Notes: generated from the letters alone by a model not told the origin. A DNA stretch of 64,000 nt from Octopus vulgaris (GCA_951406725.2 OX597814.1:149482001-149546000); one strand, 5' to 3'. Positions 25,817-39,404 are shown, numbered from the stretch's first letter. Numbers and translations are program-made.

Positions 25817-26830
25817 CCGACGACGATGACGATGATCATGATGATCATGATGATGAGCATGATGATCATGACGACGACGACGGCGGTAGCGGTGGTGGTG
25901 ATGACGATGAAGACGATGAAGAGAAGGAAGTTGATCATGTGATGATTTATGAAAATGAGGATGGTATCAGTGATGACTATGATTAACACACACGACGATA
26001 CTAATCATGGTGATGATAATCTTTATAATAACTGGTTTTATTGTTTCTTAGCTCCAGATCAAAACGTTATCGAGTGGATCTCTGATCAAAGACATTCCAG
26101 CCGAAAATCATACACCCGCCTGGGGAGTATCTTAGACTGTATCATCAAATAGGTTCCTTGTTTTCTAATAGGCAGTCTGTGATTTTCAGGAATCTCGTTG
26201 GTGTTTCCAACAGGTCTGAAGCAGCGGTGGCTTTTAATGACGAAAATAATGGTAGTAATGGTTGCCATTTAGAAGATAGTGGTGGTAGTGGTGGTGGTGG
26301 TGGTGGTGGTGGTGGTGGTGGTCATCGTTGGGTCGTGAGAGTATTAATTGTGGTGGGTGGGAGTATTAATTGTGTGTTGTTGTTGTTTTGGTGTTGGTGG
26401 TGCTGCTGCTGGGGGGATGATGTGTTAATTGTAGCGGTGGAGTTGGTGGTGGTCGTCGTCGTTGTCTTCGTGGACGTCGTCGTAGCTATAGTGGGGTGGG
26501 GGTAATAATTATGTGATGGTGGTTTTGGTGGTGGTGGTGGGGATGGGGATGGGGCGTTAGTGGTGTGGGGTTAATAGCAGTGGTGGGGTGGGGGAAGGAG
26601 TGGTGATGTTAGTATGTTGCGGTGATGGTGGTAGTGGTGGTGGTCGTAGCTGTGGTGAGGTGGGGGTATTAATAGTGTGTTGCTGGTGCTGGTGGTGCTG
26701 CTAGAGGATGGGGTGTTAGTGGTGTAGGGGTGGTGGTGGTGATGGTGGTGGTGGCGGTGGTGTTATGATGTGGTGGTAGTCGTTGTTATGGCCATGGTCG
26801 CGGTCATTGTCGCAGCTGATATGGTCGTGA
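25735..26830. repeat. (GAT)n/(GGT)n-rich low-complexity region
   Basis: Direct reading. Confidence 0.85.
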
Positions 26831-27197
26831 TGGCAGCGCCGATAATGGCGACAACGATGGTGAAACAAAGAATCAGAAGAATGCAGAAGGGAGGAAGGAA
26901 CAGACAGGAGTGGAAAATGGGATGGCTAAAGATGATGATGGAACTGATGATATCGAGGTGGGGGGAGGGGATGTTGATAACTTCAGTGACGCCTACAAGG
27001 ACGTTGGTGTTAGCAACCAGTGAGCAACAATTTTCTTATTACCGAATATGACGAATGGAGATTATTATAACATGTTGATCCTATTGAGAATAAAAGCATA
27101 AATCCATGCTTTTTATTGTGTGCTTATATGCGTAAGTGCGTATGTAGATACATGCAGACATGTACACGTGTGTGTGCATATTAGAGACTTTTAAGCA

Positions 27198-27227
27198 TGG
27201 TAGATGGAAACTGAAAGAAGCCCTTCG

Positions 27228-27286
<59 letters not shown>

Positions 27287-27526
27287 ACACAGGGACGTAA
27301 ACACACCAGCTTCGGTTGTCACAAACATATACACAGATACATACATATATATATGTATATAAATACGCACACACACACACACAAATATATGTGTGTGTGT
27401 ATATTTGTGACAACTGACGCTGGTGTGTTTACGCTCCCGTAACTTCGCGGTTCGGTAAAAGAGACCGATAGAATAAGTACTCTAGGCTTACAAAGAATTA
27501 GTCCTGGGGTCGATTTGTTCGACTAA
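27198..27526 (+). mobile_element. SINE family A, partial
   Basis: ggaaactgaaagaagccc...gagaccgatagaataagtac...ggggtcgatttgttcgactaaa. Confidence 0.8.
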
Positions 27527-27944
27527 ATGTGAAGACAACTTCACCGATTTTTGGCCTGTCAACTTTTGGTCTTCTTCCAGCCTAGACTTGAAACCTCTGG
27601 ATTATGCCGTATGAGGAAAATCGGAGCGCTCTACTAACTGCACTTCGCATCTAAGTTTTGATCATCTTAAGCAAGTCCTGAGGGAAGAGCTGGACAACAT
27701 GTTAGAACATGAGGGAAGGGTTGGACAACATGTGGGAAGAGTTGGACAGTATGAAGAGTTGCGACGCCTTCAGGCAGCGTGCGAAGGCTGTAGTGGACAA
27801 TGAAGGCGGACATATGAATAAGTTGTCTCTTTATATCTCTATAAAGTTGTGTTAAGATTATATTTATGTCAAGTTGCTGGTTGTTGTGAAATAAACAATT
27901 TGGTGAATTATCTATTATTTTCCAAGTTTTGCTTCCCCGTTCTG
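27527..27944 (+). mobile_element. 3' fragment of a maT-like DDD transposon
   Basis: NFTDFWPVNFWSSSSLDLKPLDYAV resembles FWPPSSPDLNPLDY; AFRQRAKAVVDNEGGH; ends in ctg followed by TA. Confidence 0.7.
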
Positions 27945-28244
27945 TATGTAGGTCTGTGTCTGTGTATGTGTGTTGTTTTGCTTTTTTGTATATTGTGGTG
28001 GGTGTGTATATGTGTGCGTTTTCGAGGGTTTGGGGCTTCGTTTTGTGTGTATGTGGGGGGGGGGGGGGCAGATCCTTAAGTATTGATTAATAGTGGGTGT
28101 TTAGACATTTAGTTGTGGTTTAAATTAGTTTAAAAAATTAGGTGTGTATGTGTTTATTTGCTTTTTGTAGTGTGTGCGTGTGTATTTTAGTGGTGTATTT
28201 GTGGGTGAATGTATTCCTGCTTTTATGTTTTTTCCTTGTGTATA

Positions 28245-28293
<49 letters not shown>

Positions 28294-29257
28294 TTAATTA
28301 AAATGCAGCAGAAATATCACCATATTCCCGTTCGTCGGACAGTTTTGTTTAGAATGGAGCACAATAAAATTATACGCTGAAATACAATTACTTTGATAGA
28401 TACACATTTGAAAATGGTTTTGTTTCATTTGGTCTTTCAACTAACGGTCGTTACGATAACCGATTGCATGAAATGATAATTGCAGTTTAAAATTATATTA
28501 TTATAAAATTGAAGAAAAGCTTAAATCAAAAATAGCTTTTGTACAAGGGAAAATGCCTGAATACTCAGGGTAAATAATTAGTTGTAAAAATATTAATAAA
28601 TTAAAAGATATATCCGTTTAAAAAACTTTCACGCTGAAATACATATACATTTAGCTATACATACACATAAAAAACAATCAATAATATACATATATACACT
28701 AAACATACAGACGTAGGTACATGGCTACATACATATACAGATATTTATAGGCAAAGCATAAATATATACAAATGTATGCAGGCATTTACACGCATGCGCA
28801 TAAAACCTCCTGGTGTATGCTTCGACAATTTCGTTGTTACAAGCGAAAGAAAGTAAAGGAAAAAAAATCAGAGAATAACAAGTAGGGAGAGAAAGAAAAA
28901 GGGAAAGGAAGAAAAGAAATAAAAGGAAAAGAAACAGAAAAAGAAACAGAAAGGGAAAATAGATAGTGGTAAAGAGAGTGAAATGATTGGCGTTCTTATA
29001 TGTATCTAGCGAAAGTTAGATCCTTCGTTCAGCTTGCGAAACGCACACATAAAATGGCATGCATATCTACATAAATCTACTTTTATGCGTGCATTTGTAT
29101 ATATTTGTGTTTTGCCTATATATATATATATATATATATATATTACCTCCCTTTATTTATCTACTTGTGAAGTCATTCACTCATGAATTTCATCACACAC
29201 AACATGGACAAAATTTCTTCTTAAGAAAAAATATATATTCAAATAAGTAAAACATAA

Positions 29258-29290
29258 TATCATGAATAGCGATAGCGAAACCGGTTGATG
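29258..29290 (+). ncRNA. Minimal hammerhead-like motif with A3-U8 core
   Basis: UAUC-AUGAAUA-GC gaua GC-GAAA-CCGG-UU-GAUG; palindromic AACCGGUU; lies in a ~205-bp module (29143-29347) between (TA)n runs. Confidence 0.4.
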
Positions 29291-29431
29291 GATTAAAAAT
29301 GATATTAAAACTATGTAAGTGTGCGTAGTTTCCTTTTTTAATTTCTTATATATATATATGTAGCCATGTACCAACGCTTGTATGTTTAGTGTATATACGC
29401 ATATTATAGATTGACTTGATATGTGTATGTA

Positions 29432-30703
29432 CGAGGGACGTTCAATAAGTAATGCCTCTGACCCACTTGCATTTGTTGGATCTAGCTGCAATTTTGCATG
29501 TGCAATCATTTATATCTCTATAGAGTAAGTGGCAAATTACAGCTCTGAATTAATTGTGGTTTCTTATTTACAAGTTTTTGAACCGAGTCAAGTGTGAAAT
29601 GGAGCCTGTTGAGTGTCGAAAAGTGATCCGGTTTTTGTATTTGAAAGGACGCACACCACGGGAGACTTTTGATGAAATGAAAGTAACTTATGGTGATGAT
29701 GCCCTATCATATGACCTTGTAAAACGCTGGCATCGTGAATTCAAACATGGTCGGAACTCTGTGGAAACAGCTCCCAGATCTGGTCGCCCCTTCTGCAAAT
29801 TGATGAGGCATCTGTCCGTCAAGTTGAGGCTGCCATTTTGGAAGATCGACGCATAATTATTCACCAAATAGCCCATGAGGTCAAGATTAGTACCGGGTCT
29901 GTGGAAACTATCATTCATGACCATTTGCATATGCAAAAGGTGTCTGCCAGATGGATTCCCAGGTTGCTCACGCCTTTCCAGAAGCAAGAACGCGTCGAGT
30001 GCTCGAGGGTGAATTTGGAGATGAGTCAAAATTTTTCAAAACACTGATTACACAGGATGAAACCTGGGTCCATCACGATGATCCGGAGATCAAAGCCCAG
30101 TCAATGCAGTGGAAGCACCGTGACTCACCCCCTCCAAAGAAGGCAAGAGTGCAGCCCTCCGCTGGCAAGGTCATGCACACAGTCTTCTGGGACCAGGACG
30201 GAGTAGTGATGACAGATTTCCTGTCAAAGGGTACCACAATTGCAGGAGCCTATTATGCTTCACTTTTGGGGAAATTAAGAGAAGTTATCAAAATCAAGAG
30301 GCGGGGCAAGATCAGCAAAGACATCCTCCTCCTGCAGGACAACGCTCCGGTCCACAACTCGCTTATCGCCAGATCAGAAGCACAGGCGTATGAACTCCTC
30401 CCTCATCCCCCTACTTTCCTGACCTTGCACCCTCTGATTTTCACCTCTTCCCAGTCATGAAGTTGTTTTTGAAAGGAAAGCGTTTCCCAGATGATGCAGC
30501 CTTGACTTCTGAAGTCACGTTCAGGTTGGAGGACCAAGCTGGGGTCTTCTACAAAAACGGTCTCCAGAGCTGCATCAAACAATGGGAGAAATGCGTAACT
30601 CTGGGTGATTCCTATGTAAAAAAAGACTAATAACTGTGCCAAGTTTCGTTGCTCTACTGCTATGGGAAGTGGGTCAGAGGCATTATTTATTGAACGCCCC
30701 TCG
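29432..30703 (+). mobile_element. Full-length mariner (DD34D) with frameshifted transposase
   Basis: ~37-bp TIRs cgagggacgttcaataagtaatgcctctgacccactt; TA on both sides; ATG 29599 to TAA 30630 with WIPRLL, TQDETWVH, QDNAPVH, DLAPSDF. Confidence 0.95.
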
Positions 30704-31166
30704 TATTGTTAAATGAATATGTATTTCAACGTGAAAGTTTTTTTTAAGCGTATATTTCTTTTAATTTATTAATATTTTTTCAACTAATTATTTACCCTGA
30801 GTATTCAGGCCTTTTTTCCTTTTTTGATTTCGGTTTTTAGGACTCTACTCTCCTCCTCTCGCACCGCTTCGTCTTTTACTATTATTACTTGTATCTCTTT
30901 CCCAGTGACGAAACATGCTAAGGTCGTAAATTCGCTCTCCCCACAACATATTTCATTATCATCTTCATCATTTGCCTCCGGACAATTGTATAGTTATCTC
31001 TTTAATAGATATTTTCACTTTCCCCGACTAATGCTGATGTATGTTTAAATACATCGTCTACAATCGGACGAATTTTGGTAACAATGGTTCTGCTTCTACT
31101 GGCTGATACACCGCCAGCATATGACTAGATAAACCGTTTTGCTACATGCAGCATTGCCCACTGTAT

Positions 31167-31330
31167 CTTCTTCTTCTTCTTCTTCTTCTTCTTCTTCTTC
31201 TTCTTCTTCTTCTTCTTCTTCTTCTTCTTCTTCTCCCGATTCTTCTTCCCCTTCTTCTTTCTTTCCCTCTCCCTCTACTTCACTTTCGTCTTCTATTCGT
31301 TTCCCTCCTCCTCTTCCCCTTTCTTCCTGC
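31167..31330. repeat. (TTC)n and CT-rich tract
   Basis: Direct reading. Confidence 0.9.
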
Positions 31331-31826
31331 TATCATTATACGTATCCATCCTATTGATACCCCCCTGTCCCCTACATAATATCTTCTTCTCATACTCATC
31401 CTGCATACACACTTTAATTTTTTTCCTTTTTATTTCCTCCCGATATTTTCCTAACAACAAAGTCTGAAAGACGCACAATGTAATAACACGCCTTTGATGC
31501 AACTCTGAAGATGCGCCACTCCAATGCCTAAAAAAGCAAATGTTACGTATTTTTTCTTTTAGAACTTTCATGTAAACTGGTTTTGCAAATGGTGATGGTA
31601 TGAAAACCTCTGTAACTTACAATTAAATATGTGTTATATAATTTTCCTTGTTTTCTTATTTTCATTGGATTATTTACTCTTCGCCAAACCATGTGACGGT
31701 ATTGTCGTCGAGAAACTTGGGATTTCTACACCAAAAGTATTCAGGCTTTGGCTTGGATCCTGGCAGTGTTGATAGCCCATTATCCGGGTTGAGTGCTTCT
31801 CTGTAAATATACCTCGTTGACAACCC

Positions 31827-32106
31827 TCATGGATCCGGATTCAATGTCACTGCGTGGCACATTCGGCAGCTGTTTTCTACAATAGCCTCTAACCTACCAA
31901 TGCCTTGTGAGTGGATCTGGTAGGCGGAAACTGAAAGAAGCCCGTCGTATGTGTGTGTGTTTGTGTGTGTGTTTGTCCTCCCACATCGCTTGACAATCGA
32001 TGTTGGTGTGTTTACGTCCCCGTAACTTAGCGGTTCGGCAAAAGAGAATACTAGAATAAGTACTAGGCTTACAAAGAATAAGTCCTGGGTCAATTTACTC
32101 GACTAA
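31827..32106 (+). mobile_element. SINE family A
   Basis: Shared SINE A blocks. Confidence 0.85.
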
Positions 32107-32189
32107 ACTCTACTAAACTTTACTTTACCCTAAACTCTAGCCTATAATGATATTCTCAGACACACATGGAGTGACAGTATCAAAATCTT

Positions 32190-32350
32190 TTCTACTCTAC
32201 ACACAAGGCCCGAAATTTGGGCTGGTACTTAATTTATCGACCCCGAAAGGATGAAAGGCAAAGTCGACCTCGGCGGAATTTGAACACAGAACGTAAAGAC
32301 AGACAAAATACCGCTAAGCATTTCGCCCGCCGTGCTAACGCTTCTGCCAA
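32190..32350 (-). mobile_element. SINE family B
   Basis: cgaccccgaaaggatgaaaggcaaagtcgacctcggcggaatttgaac. Confidence 0.85.
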
Positions 32351-33113
32351 CACGCGGCAACATCAAAGTGGAGAAAGTAGTTTATTAAACTTTCGATATA
32401 ATTCTAAGCATTTATATATCCAAAAACTTTGTAAGTCGTGCAAACATGTCTTGTCCATACTGCAAGCATAAAAACAAGTAAATATTGGATTGTTCTCGTC
32501 TGAGTATCTGTCTTTCCTAGATCATTCACCCCAAGATCAAGACGTGCACGAAGACAGGAGTTATCCTATGAACCAAATTATAACCGCAAAACCCACATTT
32601 GTTTAGGCAATTTGAAAATGTGCAAAGCCGAGATAGATAGAGCCTGCTTAACAGCCTGTAAGTGGTATGGAGAAATATAGGATGTGAACACGGTTAAGGC
32701 GGTGTCTAGTTTACTTAGTATTCTATGGAGCAATTAAGATTTACCGAGTTTTATTCACAAGGAATAGCTGCAAGGTACTAATCGGCAATAAGCATTCTGT
32801 CTCTTATGAAGATGTGAAATGCCGTAAGACAAACATCTTGTCAGATTCTTTCCCGCTTTGTCAATCAAAGAAAACATAAAAACACTACGTTGTAATCATT
32901 TCAATTTTTTCTTTTGTGAAGCGAAAGAATGATATATACATAGCATGTGTACACATACACAAATACATAAATGCATAAATACATACATATATGCATATAT
33001 AAATACATACATATATACAGACATACACACACATACACATATATACACACACTCACACACACACATATATATATATATAATATATATACATATGCATATA
33101 TATATAACTCATA

Positions 33114-33379
33114 TTCTTTTACTTGCTACAGTCATCTGACTGCCGCCACGCTGGAGCACCTCCCTCCACGATTTTAGTCGATCAAATCGATCCTACGACG
33201 TTTTAAAAGCCTTGTACCTATTCTGTTGACGTCTTTAGGCGAACCGCTAAGTTAAGGGGATGTAAACACACCAACACTAGTTGTCAAGCGGAGATTTGTG
33301 GGCGAACCACAGACACAATAAAACACACATAGATACATATGTATGCATACACATATACATACATACATACATACATACA

Positions 33380-33410
<31 letters not shown>

Positions 33411-33800
33411 GTGTGTGTATGTATATATATATATACAGTGAATCCAAACAAAGACGAACAAACATGAAAAAATAACAACGTGAGGATGTGGTACAAGTAA
33501 TGTATTATCAGACGCTCAGGAAAGGAAAGAAAGAGGTTTCTTCACGTTTCGAAGAAATCGCTTCTTCAGAAATAGAGGAAAGTTCAGTAGAAGGGAAGAC
33601 AGAGGCAGAAAATCGCCAACGATTCAGACGTGCTTACATTTTATATATATACCTGAAAGACTTCTTTCAGTTTCCGTCAGCCAAATCCATTCACAAGACT
33701 TTGGTCCGCCCGAGGCTATACTAGAAAACATTTGCCGTAGGTGCCTCACAGTGTGACTGAACACAGAACTATGTGATTGGGAAGCAAACTTCTTACCTCA
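33114..33800 (-). mobile_element. SINE family A carrying the hammerhead module (33438-33642)
   Basis: SINE A halves flank the module; minus-strand CUGAAGA..GAAACGUG at 33569-33543. Confidence 0.8.
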
Positions 33801-33875
33801 TGTACGTATATGCATGTGTGTGCGTGCGTGTGTTTACGTGTATGCATCTGTATACATGTGTTTATAGATGTGAGA

Positions 33876-35910
33876 ATGCATGGCGTAGAGGGTAGCGTGT
33901 TGTACTCACGATCGCGAGATAGTGGTTTTGATTCCTAGATCTTGCGGCAAAACACTTCATCTTACTTCGACATCTGACATGCGGTACGCCGTATACCTGT
34001 TCAAGCAATGTCGATGTGATGGAGACAGTGAGTTAATGAACGGCACACACATTGATTATTCTAAACCAGTGGTTCTTAATCTGGGGGCGTCAGTAATTTC
34101 CAAGTGGGGCGCGACCTCTTCAGAAAAAAGCAAGAGTTTCTCTAATTACATTTGTTATTCTATTAAGTAAAGCATGGTCAAATAATAAGCTTATGAAAAA
34201 ATGCAAAAGTATCGCCTGATACCTTTAGTTTTCTTATTCTGCTATCTTAGCGGTGCCTACCTTTTTCTGTATTTATTGAACTCCGCCTTCATATCCCTCA
34301 AAACCCTCACTAATTCCAAATTGTAGCTTTGCCTTCATTTTGTAATTTTTGTTTTTGTTACAACAAGACTCGGGTTAAGAACCACTGGTATAAAGCTTAG
34401 ATGTTATTATCGTGTAAAGACAAACATATTTTTCAGTTAATAGATTATAAACTAGTTTGATCCAGTTTTCATATATATGAAATAATGTGATACTTAAAAA
34501 TAAAGAGACATGCTGAAACATTATCAAATCATAATAGTAACATACTAAGAAATATTAACTTAATTTAAAAAATTGAAAACTATATTAAAATTTTAGCGAG
34601 ATGAAATGGGTAATATATTTAAAAATAGGAAGTAAAGCATAAATTATGAAATAGGTTCTACTATCGCTCAATTTGATAAAGTTTTGAGAATAACTTTTTA
34701 AAAACATTGGAAAAATATAAAAGTTTAACAATAAATTCAAATTTTTTAATATTAAATGTTTATGTTAAAAATATAATAAATGTTTTTGTAAGAAAAAATT
34801 ATAATATAATAAGCTAAATGTTAAAACTAAAATTAATATTTAAATATTTCAGAGAGTTGTAGATAAAACTAAAAGCTATAAAAAATCTATTCTTTTTAAA
34901 GAATTTTTAAATATATTTTCGTACAAATAAATACAATATTTTATTTTACAAATTTTTCGTATAACGTTTCTTTTAACTTAACTTTTATTTCAAAATATTT
35001 TATTTTTATTTTTTCCAGAACTTTTTACTCCAAGCGTTCTAACTTTGGCTAGCGTTCTAACTTGGGCCTTGACATTACTTTACACATGCCTTATCTTTTG
35101 TTCACATATCTGTGTTGTTCACTGCACATCAAATAATTCGCAATGAGTGCAAAGAAGCGAAATTATCCTGGCTAATATATTCGATTTGAATTCGTGTACC
35201 TACAGAAGGGTAACACGGATGTTCCCCAGTGTGTGATATGTTTGAGCAATGATGGAATGCGACCCTCACGCTTGGAACGCCACATTACGACAATACATCC
35301 TGCTCTTGCAGACAAGCCCAAGGCATTCTTTGAGACAAAAAGACATTCTTTGAAACAAGCTAAGTTGGACGGCAGTGAGGCATTTGGCAACAAACTTCAA
35401 TGGTTGCTGAGGCTTCCTATAAGATCGCCATGTTGATTGCAAAGAGCAAGAAGAACTGTAACATCGGAGAGTCTCTCATAAAACCAAATCCACTCCGTGC
35501 AGCAGAACTCATTCTGAGGAAAGATGGATTTTACTATCAAGCGATGCAGTCAAAGGAAAGATCGACGACTTGTCTCAAGACATCAAAGATTAAATTCTTG
35601 ACCAAGTTAAATATTCTCCTGCTTTTGCCAACCAGTTTGACGAAACGACTGACATCACTCAGTTTTCTCAGCTGTTGGTATATGCAGTGTCAAGCATCTC
35701 ACTAATGATGTGACTCATTCATATTCAATAAAAAGACTGAAAACACATTTTAGATTTTATTTAAAAGGGGGAGGGCGTGGAGAGAAGGACAAATTCCTAG
35801 GAGGCATGGTAGTAAAGAGGTTAAGAAACACTGCTCTAAACAGATCATATACGCAGGTCCTTCAACAAAAGCCGAACTCTCATATGTCGTCTTCGACGGG
35901 AGAGTCCACT
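33876..35910 (+). mobile_element. SINE family C interrupted by a hAT element
   Basis: 33876-34066 plus 35842-35910 align end to end with the copy at 58487-58788. Confidence 0.6.
34067..35833 (+). mobile_element. Internally deleted hAT transposon (Charlie/Buster-like)
   Basis: TIRs cagtggttcttaa / ttaagaaacactg; 8-bp TSD ttctaaac / ctctaaac; BED-finger remnant PQCVIC..MRPSRLERH; ASYKIAMLIAK..IGESLIKP; QFDETTDI. Confidence 0.9.
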
Positions 35911-36003
35911 TTGTAAATACATACATACATACATACATACATACATACATACATACATACATACATACATACATACATACATACATACATGCATACATAC
36001 ATA

Positions 36004-36245
36004 CGAGCTGGCAGAATCGTTAGCACGGCGGACGAAATGCTTACCGGTATTTCGTCTACCGTTACGTTCTAAGTTCAAATTCCACCGAGGTTGACTTTGC
36101 CTTTCATCGTTTTTTGGGGGGAGGGGGGAGGGATCGATTAAATAAGTACCAGTTACGCACTGGAGTGGATGTAATCGACTTAATCCCTTTGTCTGTCCGT
36201 GTTTGTCCTCTCTATGTTTAGCCCCCTGTAGGCAATAAATAAATA
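36004..36245 (+). mobile_element. SINE family B
   Basis: cgagctggcagaatcgttagcac...gttcaaattcc...(aaat)n tail. Confidence 0.9.
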
Positions 36246-36258
36246 AATATACATATAA

Positions 36259-36305
<47 letters not shown>

Positions 36306-36368
36306 AGTACATATACATGTGTTCACACATACACATGTATACACACGTACGCGCGCACGCACACACAC

Positions 36369-36405
<37 letters not shown>

Positions 36406-37271
36406 CATAAGTCGGCTTGTATACTTCTATATATACACTTTCCTATATGTTGTCTAAGTGGGTGTGGGTGAATGTGAGCGACGAGTGTGTGTGTATGTGA
36501 ATGTTTGTGCGTGTATGTGTGTGCCTAAGTAATAATATGTGTGTGTGCGTGTGCCAGGATGTGCGTGTCTGAACGCGTAAATGAGTTGATTATTGAAATT
36601 TGGCACCGCATCAGAGTCGATATTCAACACTGTATATCTGCCATGGGTAAGGATCAGTCGAATATATCCACTTATATATACAATTAGTCCATCAGTTATA
36701 TAATTGACAATTATTTTATTGCTAGGCAGTAATTAATGATGTCTACACGAAATTAACATTGAAAAGTCGTCCGATATTCCGGTTAAGTTTCATTCATCAA
36801 ATTTGACTAAATTACATTATCATTTTTTTCTCATAGAATTTGGCTACTTTTATTTTCATTTTTACACTTCAAAGGATTATTTTATTGTTAATGTGTTGGT
36901 CAATAATTCAATAGCTTCATAAACATAGAGAAACATGGTTGATTCATTATTAACACTGACAGAAACATAACTGCTCTACTAAGTAACAAACTGTTGTTGG
37001 TGTTAAATTTATATACCTTTGATAATAATATAATGCGACGACGAACAAATCGTTACATATTAACGCTTTTCCAATACTTCGGGAGCCAATTCAACGTACA
37101 GGCAATGTACATACCAATAATCCACCACACACACTCACACACACACACATACACACATCTGTATGTGTTTATGTTAGTGTGTGTCTGTGTGTATATATAT
37201 ATATCAACATTCATCTCTCACTATTCTCTCTGTCTTTGTCTCTCTCTTTCTCTCTCTCTATATATATATGT

Positions 37272-37343
<72 letters not shown>

Positions 37344-37454
37344 CCATTATCTTATTTATATTGCGTTATTTGTATTCCGCAAATATTCATGAGGTTGATG
37401 GTCACTAGCTTCTTCGCACTTTGCTATACATTCACCTTGTGTGTGTGTATGTGT

Positions 37455-37486
<32 letters not shown>

Positions 37487-37948
37487 AGTGGCATGGAAAA
37501 GAGGAAGGAAAATCCAATGCAAAATGAATTAGTAATTAACTGCGCTGTTAAACATCTACGCGCGCGCGCACATATATACACATACACACACAATAAAACA
37601 CGCACACACACTCACTCACACACACATACACACACACACACACACACCGATGACCTTGGTCACATGCAAACGAAAAGCATCCGCATCCAATACAGCACAG
37701 CTCACGCGTGTGTATAACTTTGTAACACGTACCGTGCTTTCGCTTATCCTTCTGGGTGCCCATGTTGTCGAGAGTAGATATAGACACACCTCAGCCTTTA
37801 CCTATGGACATGTCCGGGATGTCAAACCCTAAAATGGAGAGAACCAGTATTAGATTTTAGTTATTTTATATTTGTATATACTAGGGCAATGAAAAATGAA
37901 GATATTTGCAAAAGAGACAATTTTTTTTTATCTGTCCAGAAAGTAAAT

Positions 37949-38394
37949 GGATCTTTTCGTTTTGAACGGCAGTTTTTCTAGCGGTGTCATATGAAATTGT
38001 CACCCATAATTATGACCCTAGTATCGATCTATTGCATTTCAATCTGTTTTAGCGTTAGGGTTAGAGTTAGGGTTAGTTAGGGTTAGGGTTAGAGGTGGTG
38101 GGAAGGGTATATTTTTTTTCTTCAGAAATGTAAATAAACCCAATTTGTTTCTTAAACGTGGGACATATTCATACGGCACAGAATGTGTTCACCTCAATAG
38201 ACGTCATTGATTGGTTGAAATTACAGAAATTGAAGGAAAAAAACAACAAATATCTTACAAACTATAGAATTTTCTCAATAAAGCCAAGAGAAAAAGATGT
38301 TTTATAAACGCATTCTACCAGTATACGAAGTTTAAAAGTGCTTAGTTACGTGGAAATTATTTTTAAAAAACTGCCGGTCAAACCGAAAAGATCC
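37949..38394. mobile_element. 446-bp MITE with 30-bp TIRs, AAAT TSD and internal TTAGGG array
   Basis: ggatcttttcgttttgaacggcagtttttt vs reverse complement ggatcttttcggtttgaccggcagtttttt; aaat on both sides; TTAGGG-type units at ~38049-38093. Confidence 0.9.
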
Positions 38395-38890
38395 AAATAA
38401 ATTTAAATTCATATGATTATATGCGAAACCTAGTACTTACTAGGTGAAGTGTCTTCATAAGAAAATTCCCGTTGCTAACATAGACTTAATTACCAATACA
38501 CTTCAGTTTCCCAATACACTCCCACGAAGTTTTAATTTCCTTGTACATTGTATCTGTTACAATGTCCAAATTGTTCTTTGAATTCGATTGTTCCATATCG
38601 CTTCTAGCTAGGCCCACGCAAGTCACCTGCTGAAACACCTCTCATTTCTGCCTGTCCCTCACTTCAGGCCACACATAGAGCAATATGCACAACGTTTTTT
38701 TTTTAATTCGGAGTCATGACTATATTAGTGCTGTATATTTCAATCTTAATATTATTATGAACAGGATTAATCCCGTCTTTTTCGAAAGCAAAACAAAACT
38801 CTTTTTCACTCATCCTCTGAAGTGAACCACGTATATATGTGTTGGTTTGTATACATACGAGTGTTTATGATGTAGATATATCGACAGAAA

Positions 38891-38972
<82 letters not shown>
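38891..38972. repeat. (GATA)n microsatellite
   Basis: Direct reading. Confidence 0.95.
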
Positions 38973-38974
<2 letters not shown>

Positions 38975-39343
38975 AGAGATAGTTAAAATGAGTGTGTGAG
39001 TGAGTGAGTGAGTGAGTGAAAGATATGTATATCGTCTCTTTGCCAAGATCACAAACTAAAATCTATAGAATTTGGATATTTCCTGTCATATAAATGACGT
39101 GCTTTTGTCTATAGCATCTGACCGTATCAGTAATAGTTACCACATTGCCATATATTTAATGACAATAAGCAGCAAGTATTGATAATACTAACGGATTCTT
39201 TCCAGGCAATTCAAATTGAATTTCTAAGGTGTGGGGTGGATTTTGCTAGGCTGTATTTGTCTGACGTACATCATAGGAACGGCCTAATATGCCAAAAGAC
39301 TCAGTGATATGTGCATAAGTTTTTATGTGAGTAGGTGTTTACG

Positions 39344-39404
<61 letters not shown>

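Noticed and set aside
28325-28345. Minus-strand CCGACGA in a TA-adjacent module
   Set aside because: GAAA and stem III half absent in this copy.
38049-38093. Telomere or chromosome-fusion site
   Set aside because: Short, single orientation, enclosed by MITE TIRs and TSD.
38408-38450. AUGAUUA..GAAA-CCUAGUA/UACUAGG hairpin
   Set aside because: Cleavage triplet would be GUG and stem I does not pair; likely a simple hairpin.
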